Origin: the human T2T-CHM13v2.0 reference genome, Homo sapiens
Assembly: GCF_009914755.1 (NCBI RefSeq)
Contig: NC_060931.1
Strand: one strand, 5' to 3'
DNA length: 64,000 bases
In this document: positions 1-17,984 of the stretch, one piece after another
Numbering within the stretch: position 1 is the first letter of the stretch
How the letters are laid out: every line of letters begins with the position of its first letter
Made by a program: the position numbers and the translations under genes
The notes under the pieces: generated by a model
Database searches by the model: none
Seen by the model: only the letters and a program-made list of their open reading frames with translations
Told to the model about the DNA's origin: nothing

Positions 1-85
1 TCACAGAAATCAACTGTCTGGTATAGAAAAAATAAGGAGTGTTAAGTAATTATTAGAAAGTTTGAAACTAAAAAAAAAAAAAAAA

Positions 86-429
<344 letters not shown>

Positions 430-676
430 TTATTAGAAAGTTAATCAAGTGGAAAAGTGATCAGCATTTTGGAGCACTAAACACAGGATGGACAAAATTT
501 TCTAATACCAAGAAAATCATTTAATATTGCAAGGTTTTAAATCTAAATTAGTGTCTTTAACTTCACAAAGGCAGAAATCCTATAAGCAATGTTTCTTTAA
601 CACTGTAAAATGACAATAAAAATTAAAGTAACAAGTAACATGTAGCCACATGCAAATTTCCTTTCAGATTGTTGTA

Positions 677-838
677 TTTTTTTTTTTTATTTTAGGTGAA
701 TTTTTATTTCAACAGGTTTTTGGGGAAGAGGTTGTGTTTGGTTACAGGGATAAGTTTTTTAGTGGTGATTTCTGAGATGTTGGTGCACCCATCACCCAAG
801 CAGTGTACAGTGTACTCAATGCATAGTCTTTTATCCCT
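677..838 (-). mobile_element. 5'-truncated L1PB-type 3' end
   Basis: Poly-T followed by ...agtggtgatttctgagatgttggtgcacccatcacccaagcagtgtac..., typical of an L1PB 3'UTR. Flanked by agattgtt on both sides (TSD-like). Confidence 0.75.
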
Positions 839-1720
839 AAGATTGTTTTAAATGACATCTAGATTAAACCGAACATTCAAACTGAGATTACTTTTACAGC
901 ACTAGAGAAATGCTAAGGAGGAAGTTTCATGACTGAAACCAAAAGACCTGAATTTATATATTTAACTCTACTAACTAACATTCTTTATTTTATAAAAGAA
1001 CAGCAATTCTGCCCACGTACAGGAGTTATGCATTAAAGTGGAGCATGATCACTTCAGACATTTGTCTGAAACATAAAAATTCTTCCAAGTATTAAGAAAA
1101 TATTTAAACTTCACAGATAATGTTAGTGTATAATACATGGGCATTGAATAAGAAAAATTAAAATTTCTCATGTGGCACTGTTCTACACAAAATATTTATG
1201 TAAACATTTTTACTCATAACACGTGTGTACATTGGATGTTTTAGTACAGAATAACATATTCTCAAAGGTCATTTAATGTAGTAACTTAAAAATCTTTAAA
1301 TTTTACAAGAATTCTAAAACTGCCCAGCAGAACGGATAGAAAAATATGGGAACTTCCCACGACTAGAAGTGAATCAGGAGGCAAATTAACAGTCATGAAA
1401 GCGAGAAGTTAGAGCCGCCTTCAGAGACAGCTCTGATTGCAGGGCTGATTACACAGACCTTAAACCTGTGAGGATCGTCCACTCTGCCCCTTGGAATAAC
1501 AGAGAAAATTGCTAACCAGGGCCATCCCAAATGTGAGACTGCAAGGTAAGAACTAAATTGTAAATTATGAAGCACACAAAATAAGCTACCCAAAAAAGGG
1601 AAAGAAGAAATTATACATCACATAAACTTCATAGATTGGAAACATATTTAAAATAATTCAGTAACACAAATGGGGAAAGAGAATATCAAAATAATTTTGA
1701 AAACACATGAAGTTCTAAAG

Positions 1721-2009
1721 CGGGCACTGGGGGCTGTGGCTCATGCCTGTACTCCCAAGCACTTTGCGGCAGCCAAGGCAAGAAGATCACTTGAGGCCAG
1801 GAGTTTGAGACCAGCTTGGGCAACAAAGCAAAAGCTGTCTCTACAATAAATAGATATAAAAAAAATAAGCCAGGCACAGTGGTGTGTGCCTGTAGTGTTA
1901 GGTACTGGGGAGGTGGAGGTGAGAGGATCTCTTGAGACGAGGAATTTGAGGTTGCAGTGAGCTATGATCAGCACTGAACTCAAGCCTGGATGACAGAGAG
2001 ATTCTGTCT

Positions 2010-2012
<3 letters not shown>
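1721..2012 (+). mobile_element. Alu (AluJ-like)
   Basis: Diverged dimeric Alu (gagctatgatc, ttgaggccaggagtttgag). The tail is replaced by (CA)n. Confidence 0.9.

Positions 2013-2051
<39 letters not shown>
2013..2051. repeat. (CA)n microsatellite, ~19 units
   Basis: Pure CA run read directly from the sequence. Confidence 0.97.
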
Positions 2052-2054
<3 letters not shown>

Positions 2055-2890
2055 CAGGCATGTTTTGCAAAGACTCAAATAGAAATTGAACAACGGAAAC
2101 TTAAATAAATTTAATATACAATGTATGGTTTAATTATTAAACCAAGTTAATAACAACAGGATTAGTGAACTAGAATACTGAGATGAATAAATAAAAGAAC
2201 TACAGAAAAACAAAATGATCACAATACAAATATGATTGTACATGTACAAAGAATAAAATGAGATGAAATCAAACACATTGGTTTCACTAGCTTACATACA
2301 AATAACAAATCACACTAATAACAAATATTTATACATTTCTGAAACTGAATATCAGATAGGAACCCTTGAATGCTGAAGTGTATTGTGATTAAAAGTGACC
2401 ACCAACTAAAAATACTCAACAGAAATAAAAGTCAAACTGCGTAACATGAAAGAAAAGAAAAAAATATTTAAAACCATGAGAGAGAAAAGCAGGGAGAATC
2501 AATGAAGGTGAGAGCAAAGTCTCCACAGCCTGTGTTCAGCTAGAAAACAGAGAAATAAGTAAGAGTGCTGAGAGGTTACTGTTCAACCAATAATTAGATA
2601 CTTCACTAACATATTTTGAATAAGTGAGGATGCACTAAATGATTTCCAAAGGCAAAAAAATGAGGAATCTTATTACCAACATGAGCTTATTAAGAATACA
2701 CTTCAAAAAGAAAAAAATTTAAAATGAAGTTCAAGGAATCAAAATGAAATGCAAGAAACTGCAAACATATTGGGCTATCAAATCATGGTGGACAATGAAC
2801 TAAAGGATCCCTCAAGTCTTTGGCAGCATCAGTTTTCAAATGATTAACATAAAATAACAGTGTTAAACTCTATATAATGTAATGAAATAA

Positions 2891-3211
<321 letters not shown>

Positions 3212-3263
3212 GATACTTCAATAATTTAACTGGTGTTAGAATATCTTTTTCAGATAATTATTT

Positions 3264-3531
3264 TCAAAGAAAAAATATGTGATACTTCTGTCTCATCATT
3301 TGCAGAATATCAATTATCCTTTTTTCAGACCTTATTAGCACCAAAGGGTTCACAGTGGCATAGGCACTGGTCACACGCCTCTGGACACCCAGGATGACTG
3401 GGTCATAGGTTGATATCGGGATCGAGTAGGATGAGAGACTCAAATCCATCCAGTACGTGACCACAAAGAAACTCACCAACAGCAAGATGGTCTTGGCGGC
3501 CCTTTTTTTCTGGAGAGACTCTTGGGGAGAC
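3264..3531 (-). pseudogene. Vomeronasal type-1 receptor (V1R/VN1R family) pseudogene, 3' fragment (ICL3-TM6-TM7-C-tail)
   Basis: Translation SPRVSPEK/(frameshift)...LLVSFFVVTYWMD...SAYATVNPLVLIRSEKRII matches V1R TM6/TM7 motifs and the V1R at 61545-62456. Truncated at the NMD3 poly(A). Confidence 0.9.
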
Positions 3532-5418
3532 TTTTTTTTTTTTTACTTGCTCAATCTCTTTATTTAGTGGCACACATAGAATGAATGAATCAGCTGTTAG
3601 TTGTGGCATACTTAGTAAGTCTGATCTTGCCTATAGAAATAAGATCTTAATACTTCATTCTCAGAACACTTTAAAACCCAAGCCACAGTTTTTCTTTCAA
3701 GGATGTGGAAAGCATTCCTCATTCAAATCTGATTAATGGTTTTATAATGTATGTACCTCATTTTTACTAGTCATTATCTTCATGCTGGATTCTAATGTTC
3801 TTTTTGATGGTGGCGTGTTCAATGATAGAAACTTACAGAGAGAAAATTCCTTCCTTCTCAATTTATAAACAAACATTTTAAAAGCAACATTTTTGACGTA
3901 GTAGGAAGACATTTATATGACATATGCAGCTACTGCCTTAAATTGGCAAAAATAACAAAAGAAAAAATTGTTATTTAATCTTTAAATAATGAGTCTCTAT
4001 TTGCTACAAATCTATAAATATTTTAAATATATTTCCTTCTACTGCAATAAAAATTAAAAGACAACCCTCTGTTTAACAGCTTTTGAAGATGTTAATTTTA
4101 TAAGGAAATAAAAAAGATTGACTTGCCTCCCGAATATCCAGTGATAAACTGAACCCTAATTTCCCTACCTCAAGAACATAAAAATGATGTAAAGTGGACC
4201 AAAGTATGTAACAATATTAACAATATTTAAAATGATTTTTCATATGGTCTTTCACTAAAGTAATCAATGTAAAAAGAATGTAAAAATGTGTTTTTGCTTG
4301 AAGATTTAGTGAATGTCCAAGGAATCACAATTTTTTAGCTTTTACATCCAGGGTACTATACTATGTGAAAATACTATAGTGCCTCATATAAAAAAGCACA
4401 GTGATAAAATTTCACATGTAAAATAGCCTAAATAACAATAATAATTACATTCTCCACAATCGTTTATTATCTAAAACTTCAAAGCCCTCCATGTTTTTCA
4501 GTGCTTTGAGTGAGCAATCAAAACAATCGTGTTTATTCAGGTTTAAAACTTAATTTCTCCTCTTGAAATCTGGAGGCAGAGATGGAAGAGACACTTAAGG
4601 TCATCTTGTCCAACTTCTTAAGCCCACGTATGTGGAAACAGTCTACAACGTTTCATTATATCGTCATTGATGCACCTTCTTCACCAGTGGCATCATGGGA
4701 AATATGAAGGTCTTCAGGCATCTCAGCCAGACTAATTCGAGGTGCTCTTCATCATCATCGCTTTCCACAGGGATGGTTGACTCTCTGTAAATGTTGACAT
4801 TTTTTCTAATTGCCTCATCTTTTTCAAGATCTTCAAGAAAATCTTGGTATTACCTTTCATCATCTGTATCCATGTTCTCTCTCTCGCAAGCTCCTTCAAT
4901 TTCCAGTTTCTACATCACTGATGTTTGGTCCAGTCTTAGTCCTTCTTGATTCATACCACATCTGGAACTCTATCTGAGTTCATTTTATTGACATGCTCAT
5001 CATTTAAATTACAGCTGGCCAAATCAAACCCTAACACCAGCTCTCCAGGATTTAGAAGATGTCCCAAATGAGTACGACAAAAATACTGTTTATCTGTATT
5101 CATTTCAGATGTCTTCTGTACCCAGACTTCCCTGAGGGTATGCTTTTTTACATCATTCCAGCATCTGCACCACATTTTATATCTCGGACTATGCTGCGTT
5201 CCATCACAATAAACTCCTCTAGCTGTTTGGGGTGACATAAACTATTGAAAGGGTGACTCCAGAAAGTACTCCCATCAATATCTGCAACTTGTAGGATGTT
5301 TGGATCAGTGAGGTGAATGGCACTGGTTACTCAGATACACACACAAATCTGGTTCATATTTCCCAGGCTTTGTACCAGTTTTGGAGACAGACAACTTTAT
5401 CCTTGCATATTGGAACAA
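3532..5418 (-). pseudogene. NMD3: NMD3 (60S export adaptor) processed pseudogene, 5'-truncated
   Basis: Intronless minus-strand translation across frameshifts and stops: VPICKD..., IDGSTFWSHPFNSLCHPKQLEEFIVME..., KKHTLREVWVQKTSEMNTDKQYFCRTHLGHLLNPGELVLGFDLASCNLNDEHVNKMNSDRVPDVV..., YQDFLEDLE. This is the C-terminal half of NMD3. It is followed by a ~1.1-kb 3'UTR, AATAAA (3559-3564) and poly(A) (3532-3544). Confidence 0.96.
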
Positions 5419-5458
5419 GTGTGTGTGTGTGTATGTGTGTGTGTGTGTGTGTGTGTGT
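5419..5458. repeat. (TG)n microsatellite
   Basis: TG run with one interruption, flush against the 5' end of the NMD3 copy. Confidence 0.95.
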
Positions 5459-5627
5459 CTGTAGACATACACAAACGTGTAAAGTAGACTCAGAATTGCT
5501 AGTCCATACCCTTTTGGGAAGCAAATTGTTCAACTAGAATACAGTGTTTTTGTATAGTTCTTGAGTTTTACAGTATCCAATTAAAGTACTGTTTTCCAAA
5601 ATTGCTTAGGTCAGGACCTTCCATTCT

Positions 5628-6345
<718 letters not shown>

Positions 6346-6881
6346 GGAAGTTGTCAGCTTTAGTATAATAATAGGCAAATACTATAAACCAAAAAATAGA
6401 AAGTAATTAATTATCATTGTGTAAGAATACACACAGTTCTTAAATAACATTTTAAAAAATATATTACTAACTGATAGATGATTGATTCAAACACAAATAA
6501 CATGAGAAAAACAAACTTAAGCATGAGAATTTTATGTGCTACTTGGGAAGGCTTCTGTAAGTATAAAATAAAACATCAAAGTAATTTAGGATAAGATTAA
6601 TACATTTCAATGTTATTTTTTCTAAAAGTTTAAACAGCAACAAAGTGAAAATTAGAGACTATATAATGAATTACAGTGTATTCTGTAAGCAGATAATTTA
6701 TTTTAATAAAAACTCCAACAAAACAAAACTAACAAAAGTGGGCAAATTATTTTAAACACAAACAAATATTGCCTAAAAATAAAAGTTCTCAAACCTATTC
6801 ATAATTTGAGAAAGGTGATTGGATGTGAGATGAGAAATCTATTTAAATAATTTTACCCAATACATAGGCAGTAAAAATTAA

Positions 6882-7172
6882 TTTTTTGAGGCAGGTTCTT
6901 GCTCTGTCACCCAGGCTGAAGTGCGGTGGCATGATCTCAGCTCACTGAAACCTCAGCCTCCCAAGTTCAAGTGATTCTTGTGCCTAAGCTTCCCAAATAG
7001 CTGCAACTACTGGTGTGCACCACCACATCAGGCTAATTTTTGCATTTTCTTTTCCATAGAGATGGGTTTTGCCATGTTGGCCAGGCTGGTCTTGAACTCC
7101 TGGCCTCAAGTGATCTGCCAACCTCAGCCTCCCAAAGGGCTGAGATTACAGGCATAAGCTGCTGCACTCTGC
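6882..7172 (-). mobile_element. Alu (AluJ/S, diverged)
   Basis: Antisense Alu dimer. Confidence 0.9.
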
Positions 7173-7537
7173 ATAAAGATTAAATATTTCTGAAGGCATC
7201 CATTGAAAGAAAATGTCAAAGTTGGTCAAATAGGGGAGAACAAAAAGTGGTCCCAAGGAGCCAATGCTACAACCCACAGCTTTCCCTGAAATGGCAAAAC
7301 AAATCTAGCCCCCTGGGTGAGATTTTGCTAATCAAGGAAATTACCATAAGGAGGCTCACCTGGATGTGAAAAGCAGTGTCCAGAAAAATGAAGCCTCTCT
7401 CATAGGCCTGGATTTGACCTCATACCTCTAACCTCCAGTGCAACCACCATCATCTTTTCCACATCTCCCCCATGAAGTCCCCACAGCAACAGGAGGAATT
7501 CTAGTCAATTATCTCTTCTGAAAGGCCCTGTCCTTGA

Positions 7538-7937
<400 letters not shown>

Positions 7938-8191
7938 TAAAGTTTAGATTCCAACCCAGGTTGCACACTTATGCTCTGAGTGTATAGTGAACTGATTGCT
8001 ATGGAGCAGGAACAGTCCTCAGGCGTCTAAGGTGAAACCACAGGAGAACTCCAACACACACGACCCCACTTTCACATTTGGATAACCAACACCAAAGCCT
8101 ACTTAAAACCATTCAGACACCTGTGTCTCTGACTGCATCTTCTGTGGGCCAATATCCTTGCTGGAGAAGACACACAATATGCACCCAGATA

Positions 8192-8385
8192 TTGGTTCTC
8201 CAAGTCATTTACCTGAATAAGCAGCATTGGAAACACATGAGAACTTGTAAAAAAAAAAAATAAAAGAATATTCTTGAGCCACGGACAAGAACTGTAGAGC
8301 AAGACATTAAGGAGAGGCCCAGTAATCTGTGATATTTCAAACCCTCCAAGTGATCCAGATGCACACTAAATTGAACAACTTCTGC
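8192..8385. mobile_element. MER5A-like hAT-Charlie DNA transposon relic
   Basis: tggttctccaa...gcagcattggaaacacatgagaacttg...ggcccagtaatctgtg...ccctccaagtgatccagatgcacactaaa matches the MER5A pattern. Confidence 0.6.
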
Positions 8386-9019
8386 AGGAATGAAGTAATA
8401 GCTCATCCCTGAGTTAACAAATTATACAAGGAATATACCACAGGCATGTGGCAATTTTGGAGTTTTGACTCAACACTCAAAAAAATATAAATAAAAATCA
8501 ATTCGATTGAAGATATAGCCTTCATTGACTTTTCACTCTTTTCTGTCTCACTTCTCTCCCTGTCCTCTTTGTACTTCCTGGGATCACCTCCCAAATCAAC
8601 CTCTTGCACTTATTAAGTATCACAATTTTCTAATGGAAAACAAATGATAATTTATTCACTATTTTATCAAATACAATAGAAAATTCATATGACAACCGAG
8701 TAGCAGATGGTATATTTGATAACATTTTTATTATTGTAATATGCTTGATAAGTTTTATTATAAGGCCATAAATAACAATCAAACAAGTAAACAGATTTTC
8801 TATTTTTTTTTATTATTATACTTTAAGTTTTAGGGTACATGTGCACAACGTGCAGGTTAGTTACATATGTATACATGTGCCATGTTGGTGTGATGCATCC
8901 ATTAACTCATCATTTAACATTAGGAATATCGCCTAATGCTATCCCTCCCCACTCCCCCCACCCCACAACAGGCCCCAGTGTGTGATGTTCCCCTTCCTGT
9001 GTCCATGTGTTCTCATTGT

Positions 9020-12834
<3,815 letters not shown>

Positions 12835-12897
12835 TATGATGTTAGCTGGTTATTTTGCTCGTTAGTTGATGCAGTTTCTTCCCAGCCTCGATGGTCT

Positions 12898-13914
12898 TTA
12901 CAATTTGGCATGTTTTTGCAGTGGCTGGTACTGGTTGTTCCTTTCCATGTTTAGTGCTTCCTTCAGGAGCTCTTTTAGGGCAGGCCTGGTGGTGACAAAA
13001 TCTCTCAGCATTTGCCTGTCTATAAAGGATTTTATTTCTCCTTCACTTATGAAGCTTAGTTTGGCTGGATATGAAATTCTGGGTTGAAAATTCTTTTCTG
13101 TAAGAATGTTGAATATTGGCCCCCACTCTCTTCTGGCTTGTAGAGTTTCTGCTGAGAGATCAGCTGTTAGTCTGATGGGCTTCCCTTTGTGGGTAACCCG
13201 ACCTTTCCCTCTAGCTGCCCTTAACATTTTTTCCTTCATTTCAACTTTGGTGAATCTGACAATTATGTGTCTGGGAGTTGCTCTTCTCGAGGAGTATCTT
13301 TGTGACATTCTCTGTATTTTCTGAATTTGAATGTTGGCCTGCCTTCCTAGATTGGGGAAGTTTTCCTGGATAATATCCTGCAGAGTGTTTTCCAACTTGG
13401 TTCCATTCTCCCCGTCACTTTCAGGTACACCAATCAGACGTAGATTTGGTCTTTTCACATAGTCCCATATTTCTTGGAGGCTTTGTTCATTTCTTTTTAC
13501 TCTTTTTTCTCTAAACTTCTCTTCTCGCTTCATTTCATTCATTTGATCTTCAATCACTGCTACCCTTTCTTCCAGTTGTTCAAATCAGCTACTGAAGCTT
13601 GTGCATTCATCACGTAGTTCTTGTGCCATGGTTTTCAGCTCCATCAGATCATTTAAGGACTTCTCTACATTGGTTATTCTAGTTAGCCATTTGTCTAATC
13701 TTTTTTCAAGGTTTTTAGCTTCTTTGTGTTGGGTTCAAACTTCCTCCTTTAGCTCGGAGAAGTTTGATCGTCTGAAGCCTTCTTCTCTCAACCCATCAAA
13801 GTGATTCTCCATCCACCTTTGTTCCATTGCTGGCGAGGAGCTGTGTTCCTTTGGAGGGGGAGAGGTGCTCTGATTTTTAAATTTTTCAGCTTTTCTGCTC
13901 TGTTTTCTCCCTAT
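12898..13914 (-). pseudogene. L1 ORF1, disrupted (start codon ATG>ATA)
   Basis: The C-terminal 219 aa are open (12898-13557, ending QPLQKHAKL). The initiator context reads CCACAAAGATAGGGAG. Confidence 0.9.
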
Positions 13915-14942
13915 CTTTGTGGTTTAATCTACCTTTGGTCTCTGATGATGGTGACGTACAGATGGGGTTTTGGTGTGTGTGTCCTTTCTGTTTGTTAGTT
14001 TTCCTTCTAACAGTCAGGACCCTCAGCTGCAGGTCTGTTGGAGTTTGCTGGAGGTCCACTCCAGACCCTATTTGCCTGGGTATCAGCAGTGGAGGCTGCA
14101 GAACAGCGAATATTGCTGAACAGCAAATGTTGCTGCCTGATCGTTCCTCTGGAAGCTTTATCTCAGAGGGGTACCCGGCCGTGTGAGGTGTCAGTCTGCC
14201 CCTACTGGGGGGTGCCTCCCAGTTAGGCTACTTAGGGGTCAGGGACCCACTTGAGGAGGCAGTCTGTCCATTCTCAGATCTCAAACTCCGTGCTGGGAGA
14301 ACCACTACTCTCTTCAAAGCTGTCAGACAGGGACATTTAAGTCTGCAGAGGTTTCTGCTGCATTTTGTTCAGCTATGCCCTGCCCCCAGAGGTGGAGTCT
14401 ACAGAGGCAGGCAGGCCTCCTTGAGCTGTGTTGGGCTCCACCCAGTTTGAGCTTCCCGGCTGCTTTGTGTACCTACTCAAGCCTTAGCAGCGGTGGGCTC
14501 CCCTCCCCTAGCCTCGCTGCCACCTTGTAGTTTGATCTCAGCCTGCTGTGCTAGCAATGAGTGAGGCTCCGTGGGGGTGGGACCCTCTGAGGAAGGCAAG
14601 GGATATAATTTCCTGGTGTGCCGTTTGCTAAGACTGTTGGAAAAGTGCAGTATTAGGGTGGTAGTGACCCGATTTTCCAGGTGCCATCTGTCACCCCTTC
14701 CCTTGGCTAGGAAAGGGAATTCCCTGACCCCTTGCACTTCCCAGGTGAGGTGATGTCTTGCCCTGCTTTGGCTCACACTTGGTGGGCTGCATCCACTGTC
14801 CTGCCCCCACTGTCCGACGAGCCCCAGTGAGATGAACCTGGTACCTCAGTTGGAAATGCAAAAATCACCCGTCTTCTGTGTCACTCATGTGGGGAGCTGT
14901 AGACTGGAGCTGTTCCTATTCAGCCATCTTGGAACCACCCCT

Positions 14943-15077
14943 TGGCTAATTATTTTTTATTTGTTGTAGAGATGGGATCTTGCTGTGTTGCCCAAGCTCA
15001 TCCTGGACTCAAGCAAGCCTCCCACCTTGGCCTCCCAAAGTGTTTGGATTATAGTCATGAACCACGGTGCCCAGCCC
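14943..15077 (-). mobile_element. Alu left arm only (AluJ-like), abutting the L1 5' end
   Basis: Left monomer, middle A-rich tract and the first bases of the right arm (TTAGCCA). The rest of the right arm is absent. Confidence 0.85.
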
Positions 15078-15569
15078 AGAGACACAGTGCGCAGCTTGGC
15101 AGAGCGTGTGATGGAGCCAAGGACAGGGCTGTCAACTGGCTCCACAGCAGGGTCAGTGGGAGAAGAAGGAAAGGAAGCTGTTCTTGGGGGCTTCCCCATA
15201 CTATTGACTCCAGGTATACTTGGCATCAATGGAGGACGTGGGGCTGAGACACTGGGTCCAAAGTTTGCGATCATGCCAGGATCCCAGAGCAGCAGAACTA
15301 TGGTTGCTGATAGGTGTCATGACACTCAACAAGAGTGTCAACCTTTATCTGGGAGTTTTGGAGGCCATTGGTCATGAAAAGCTAGGAAGGCTGAGGTGGG
15401 AAAGGAAGTAGAGGTTGGTAGTCCCTCAGATCTTACTCTTACCCAGCTCTGTTTCTTCTGTCAAAAGGCCTTTCCTCCTCATCTTCATGGCACCCACTCT
15501 AGGAGCTAAGTCCACTGCTTCATAGTCTGATTGCCACCCTATGCATTCTTTGCCTCATGTTAATTCCCT

Positions 15570-15790
15570 GGAGAGGCAGTTCTGGGAAATCATTAAGAAC
15601 CCGATTTAAATATCCCAGCTCTGTGACTTCGTGTATGTGACTTCATCTCCCTGTGTCTCAGTTTCTTCATCTGTGAAATTGAGATAATAATAATAATAAA
15701 ATATACTTCACAGGATTGCTGTGAGAATTAAATAATGATATAGTAAAGCCCTTAAAATAATGCTTGGTATATAGTGTCATATATGTGTTT
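15570..15790 (+). mobile_element. MIR
   Basis: Core motif ctctgtgac...gtctcagtttcttcatctgtgaaattgagataataata...caggattgctgtgagaattaaa. Confidence 0.8.
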
Positions 15791-16274
15791 GCTGCTGAAG
15801 CTACTTCTGCTACCATTACATAACTCTTCCTGCTCCTCCTCTTCCTCCTCCATACAGTCCAATCCCTTCAAGCCTCCCTGCAGCCTCCAGATGCAAGCAC
15901 TCCCCAATCTTCTGATGTTTAACCCACAAGTCCCATCTCTCCTCCATTCCAATGGCCACCACCTAATTTCTAGTCCTCAATGCCTCTAGCCAAACAATGG
16001 CCTTCAGATTGTCCTCCTTTCCTGCAATTAAGTTCCCTTTTGAGCCATTTTCCAATCTGCCTCTGAGAGAGTTATTTTTAGAAAAATGCAGATCAGATCA
16101 TGTCATTTTGTCTTATTTTCAGTAACTACATTGCCCGTAGAATAAAGGTCAAACTTAATCTGACACCAAGCCATCTTCTGAACTCTCTGTGTACCTTTTG
16201 CTCTAAATATATCCAAATTCTTGCTCTTTTCCAAACCTATCCATATTTTTCCTTCTGCCTAGAAGCAATGAATA

Positions 16275-16833
16275 TTTCCTTTCCTCCCTCCCTCCCCCTT
16301 CCTCCTTCCCTCCCTCTGTCCCTTCCTTCCTTCCTTCCCTCCTTCCTTCCCTCCTTCCTTCCTTTCCTCCTTCCTTCCTTCTCTCCTTTCCTTCCTTCCT
16401 TCTCTCTCTCCCTTCTTTCCCTTTCTTCTTCCTTCTTTCCTTTCTTCCTTCCTTCTCTCTCTCCCTTCTTTCCCTTTCTTCTTCCTTCCTTCCTTTCTTC
16501 CTTCCTCCTCTCTCTCCCTTCTTTCCCTTTCTTCTTCCTTCCTTCCTTTCTTCCTTCCTTCTCTCTCCCTTCTTTCTTCCTCCTTCCCTCCTTCCCTCCC
16601 TCTGTCCTTCCCTCCCTCCCTCCTTCCCTCACTCCTTCCCTCTCCCTTCTTTCTTCCTCCTTCCCTCCTTCCCTCCCTCCCTCCTTCCCTCCCTCCCTCC
16701 TTCCCTCCCTCCCTCCTTCCCTCACTCCCTCCTTCCCTCACTCCTTCCCCTCCTTCCCTCACTCCTTCCCCTCCTTCCCTCACTCCTTCCCCTCCCTCCC
16801 TCCCTCCCTTCCTTCCTTATTTCCTTCTTCCCT
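16275..16833. repeat. ~560-bp polypyrimidine (CT-rich) low-complexity tract
   Basis: Almost exclusively C/T on the plus strand, made of CCTT, CCCT and CTT units plus repeated cactccttcccctccttccct blocks. Confidence 0.97.
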
Positions 16834-17023
16834 GTCAACTGCACTTTTATTCAAAAATTAAAACCCAGATGGAGAGAGAGAAGTCTTCCCCAGTTCCCTC
16901 AGTGCATATATACACAGTAGATGGTAATCCTTGAAGACAAGGACAGAATCTTATTCATGCTACTCACACATGGGTACAAATGAAACAAGTGAGTAGAAAA
17001 TCATGTTCTGCCACATAAGGTGG

Positions 17024-17441
17024 TGTCTTAGTCCATTTTGTGTTGCCATAACAGAATACTTGAGACTGGGTAATTTATAAAGAAAAGAGGTTTATTTAGC
17101 TCCTAGTTCTGCAGGCTGGTAAGTTCAAGGCATGGCCCTGGCTTCTGGCATGGGATTCTGTGCTGAATCACAACATGGCAGAGAAGGTCAAAGGGAAAGC
17201 AGACATGTGCAAGGGGATAAAATGCAAGGGGCATCCTGGCTTTATACCCACCTGCACTTGAGGGAACTAACCCAGTCTTGCCAGAGTGAGAAGTCACTAC
17301 CAGGAGAACGTACAAAGCCATTCATGAGGAGCCCACCCCCAGGAAACAAACACCTCCCACTAGGCCCCACCCCCCAACACTGCCACATTGGGGATCAAAT
17401 TTCAACAAGAGTTTTGGTGGGGACAAACTTAAACTGTGGCA
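17024..17441 (-). mobile_element. MaLR solo LTR (MSTB-like)
   Basis: Begins tgtcttagtccattttgtgttgccataacagaatac...gggtaatttataaagaaaagaggtttattt and ends ggggatcaaatttcaaca...aaactgtggca, with TG...CA termini. Confidence 0.85.
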
Positions 17442-17984
17442 GATGTCATGTCTGAAAGTGAGTTATGGGAAGTAAGGTAGCTTCAGTAATTTATGACAGA
17501 GAGGGAAACTTTTCAGGTAATGCTAAATAAGGATGTTTCCTCTTTCTGTCCAAAATGTCAGGTACCTTGCAATAGCCAGAGAGAAAGCATTCCAAACGAC
17601 AGCAGTGGGTACAGAGGAGTGGAACTCTCTAGGTTTCTGCTTTGTCAGAAGTGTGCACTTTCAAGTCAGGAATACCTGGAGCAAGAGATTCAGGAAAACA
17701 GAAGCAGACAAACTCCAGCTCAAATCACTGGGTGCTGAACTGTGAGCAGCTAGGGATAGAGATCCTGGAATTATTGGAGGGGAGGATGTCAGCCTTGATC
17801 CAAAGAAATGGCCAAGTGCACTTGAATTTGCGTTGGATGTGAAATATTGTGGAACCAGAAAACAAGAGCAAAGCTGGTGGATTAAAGGTGAAAGGGCCTA
17901 TGCAAGGCAGAGCTGAACTACTCCAAGCTACCAGGAACTATGTTCTGGTCACTATTGCTGCTGAACAAGTCATCCCTAACCTCA

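Noticed and set aside
7290-7370. Weak similarity between a minus-strand donor region here and the donor region at ~56535-56590 (putative paralogous V1R leader exons)
   Set aside because: Only scattered short matches, which could be chance without a computed alignment.
16100-16861. 253-aa, 174-aa and 162-aa ORFs (P/S/L/F-rich or R/E/G/K-rich)
   Set aside because: These are translations of the CT/GA low-complexity tract, which lacks stop codons by composition.
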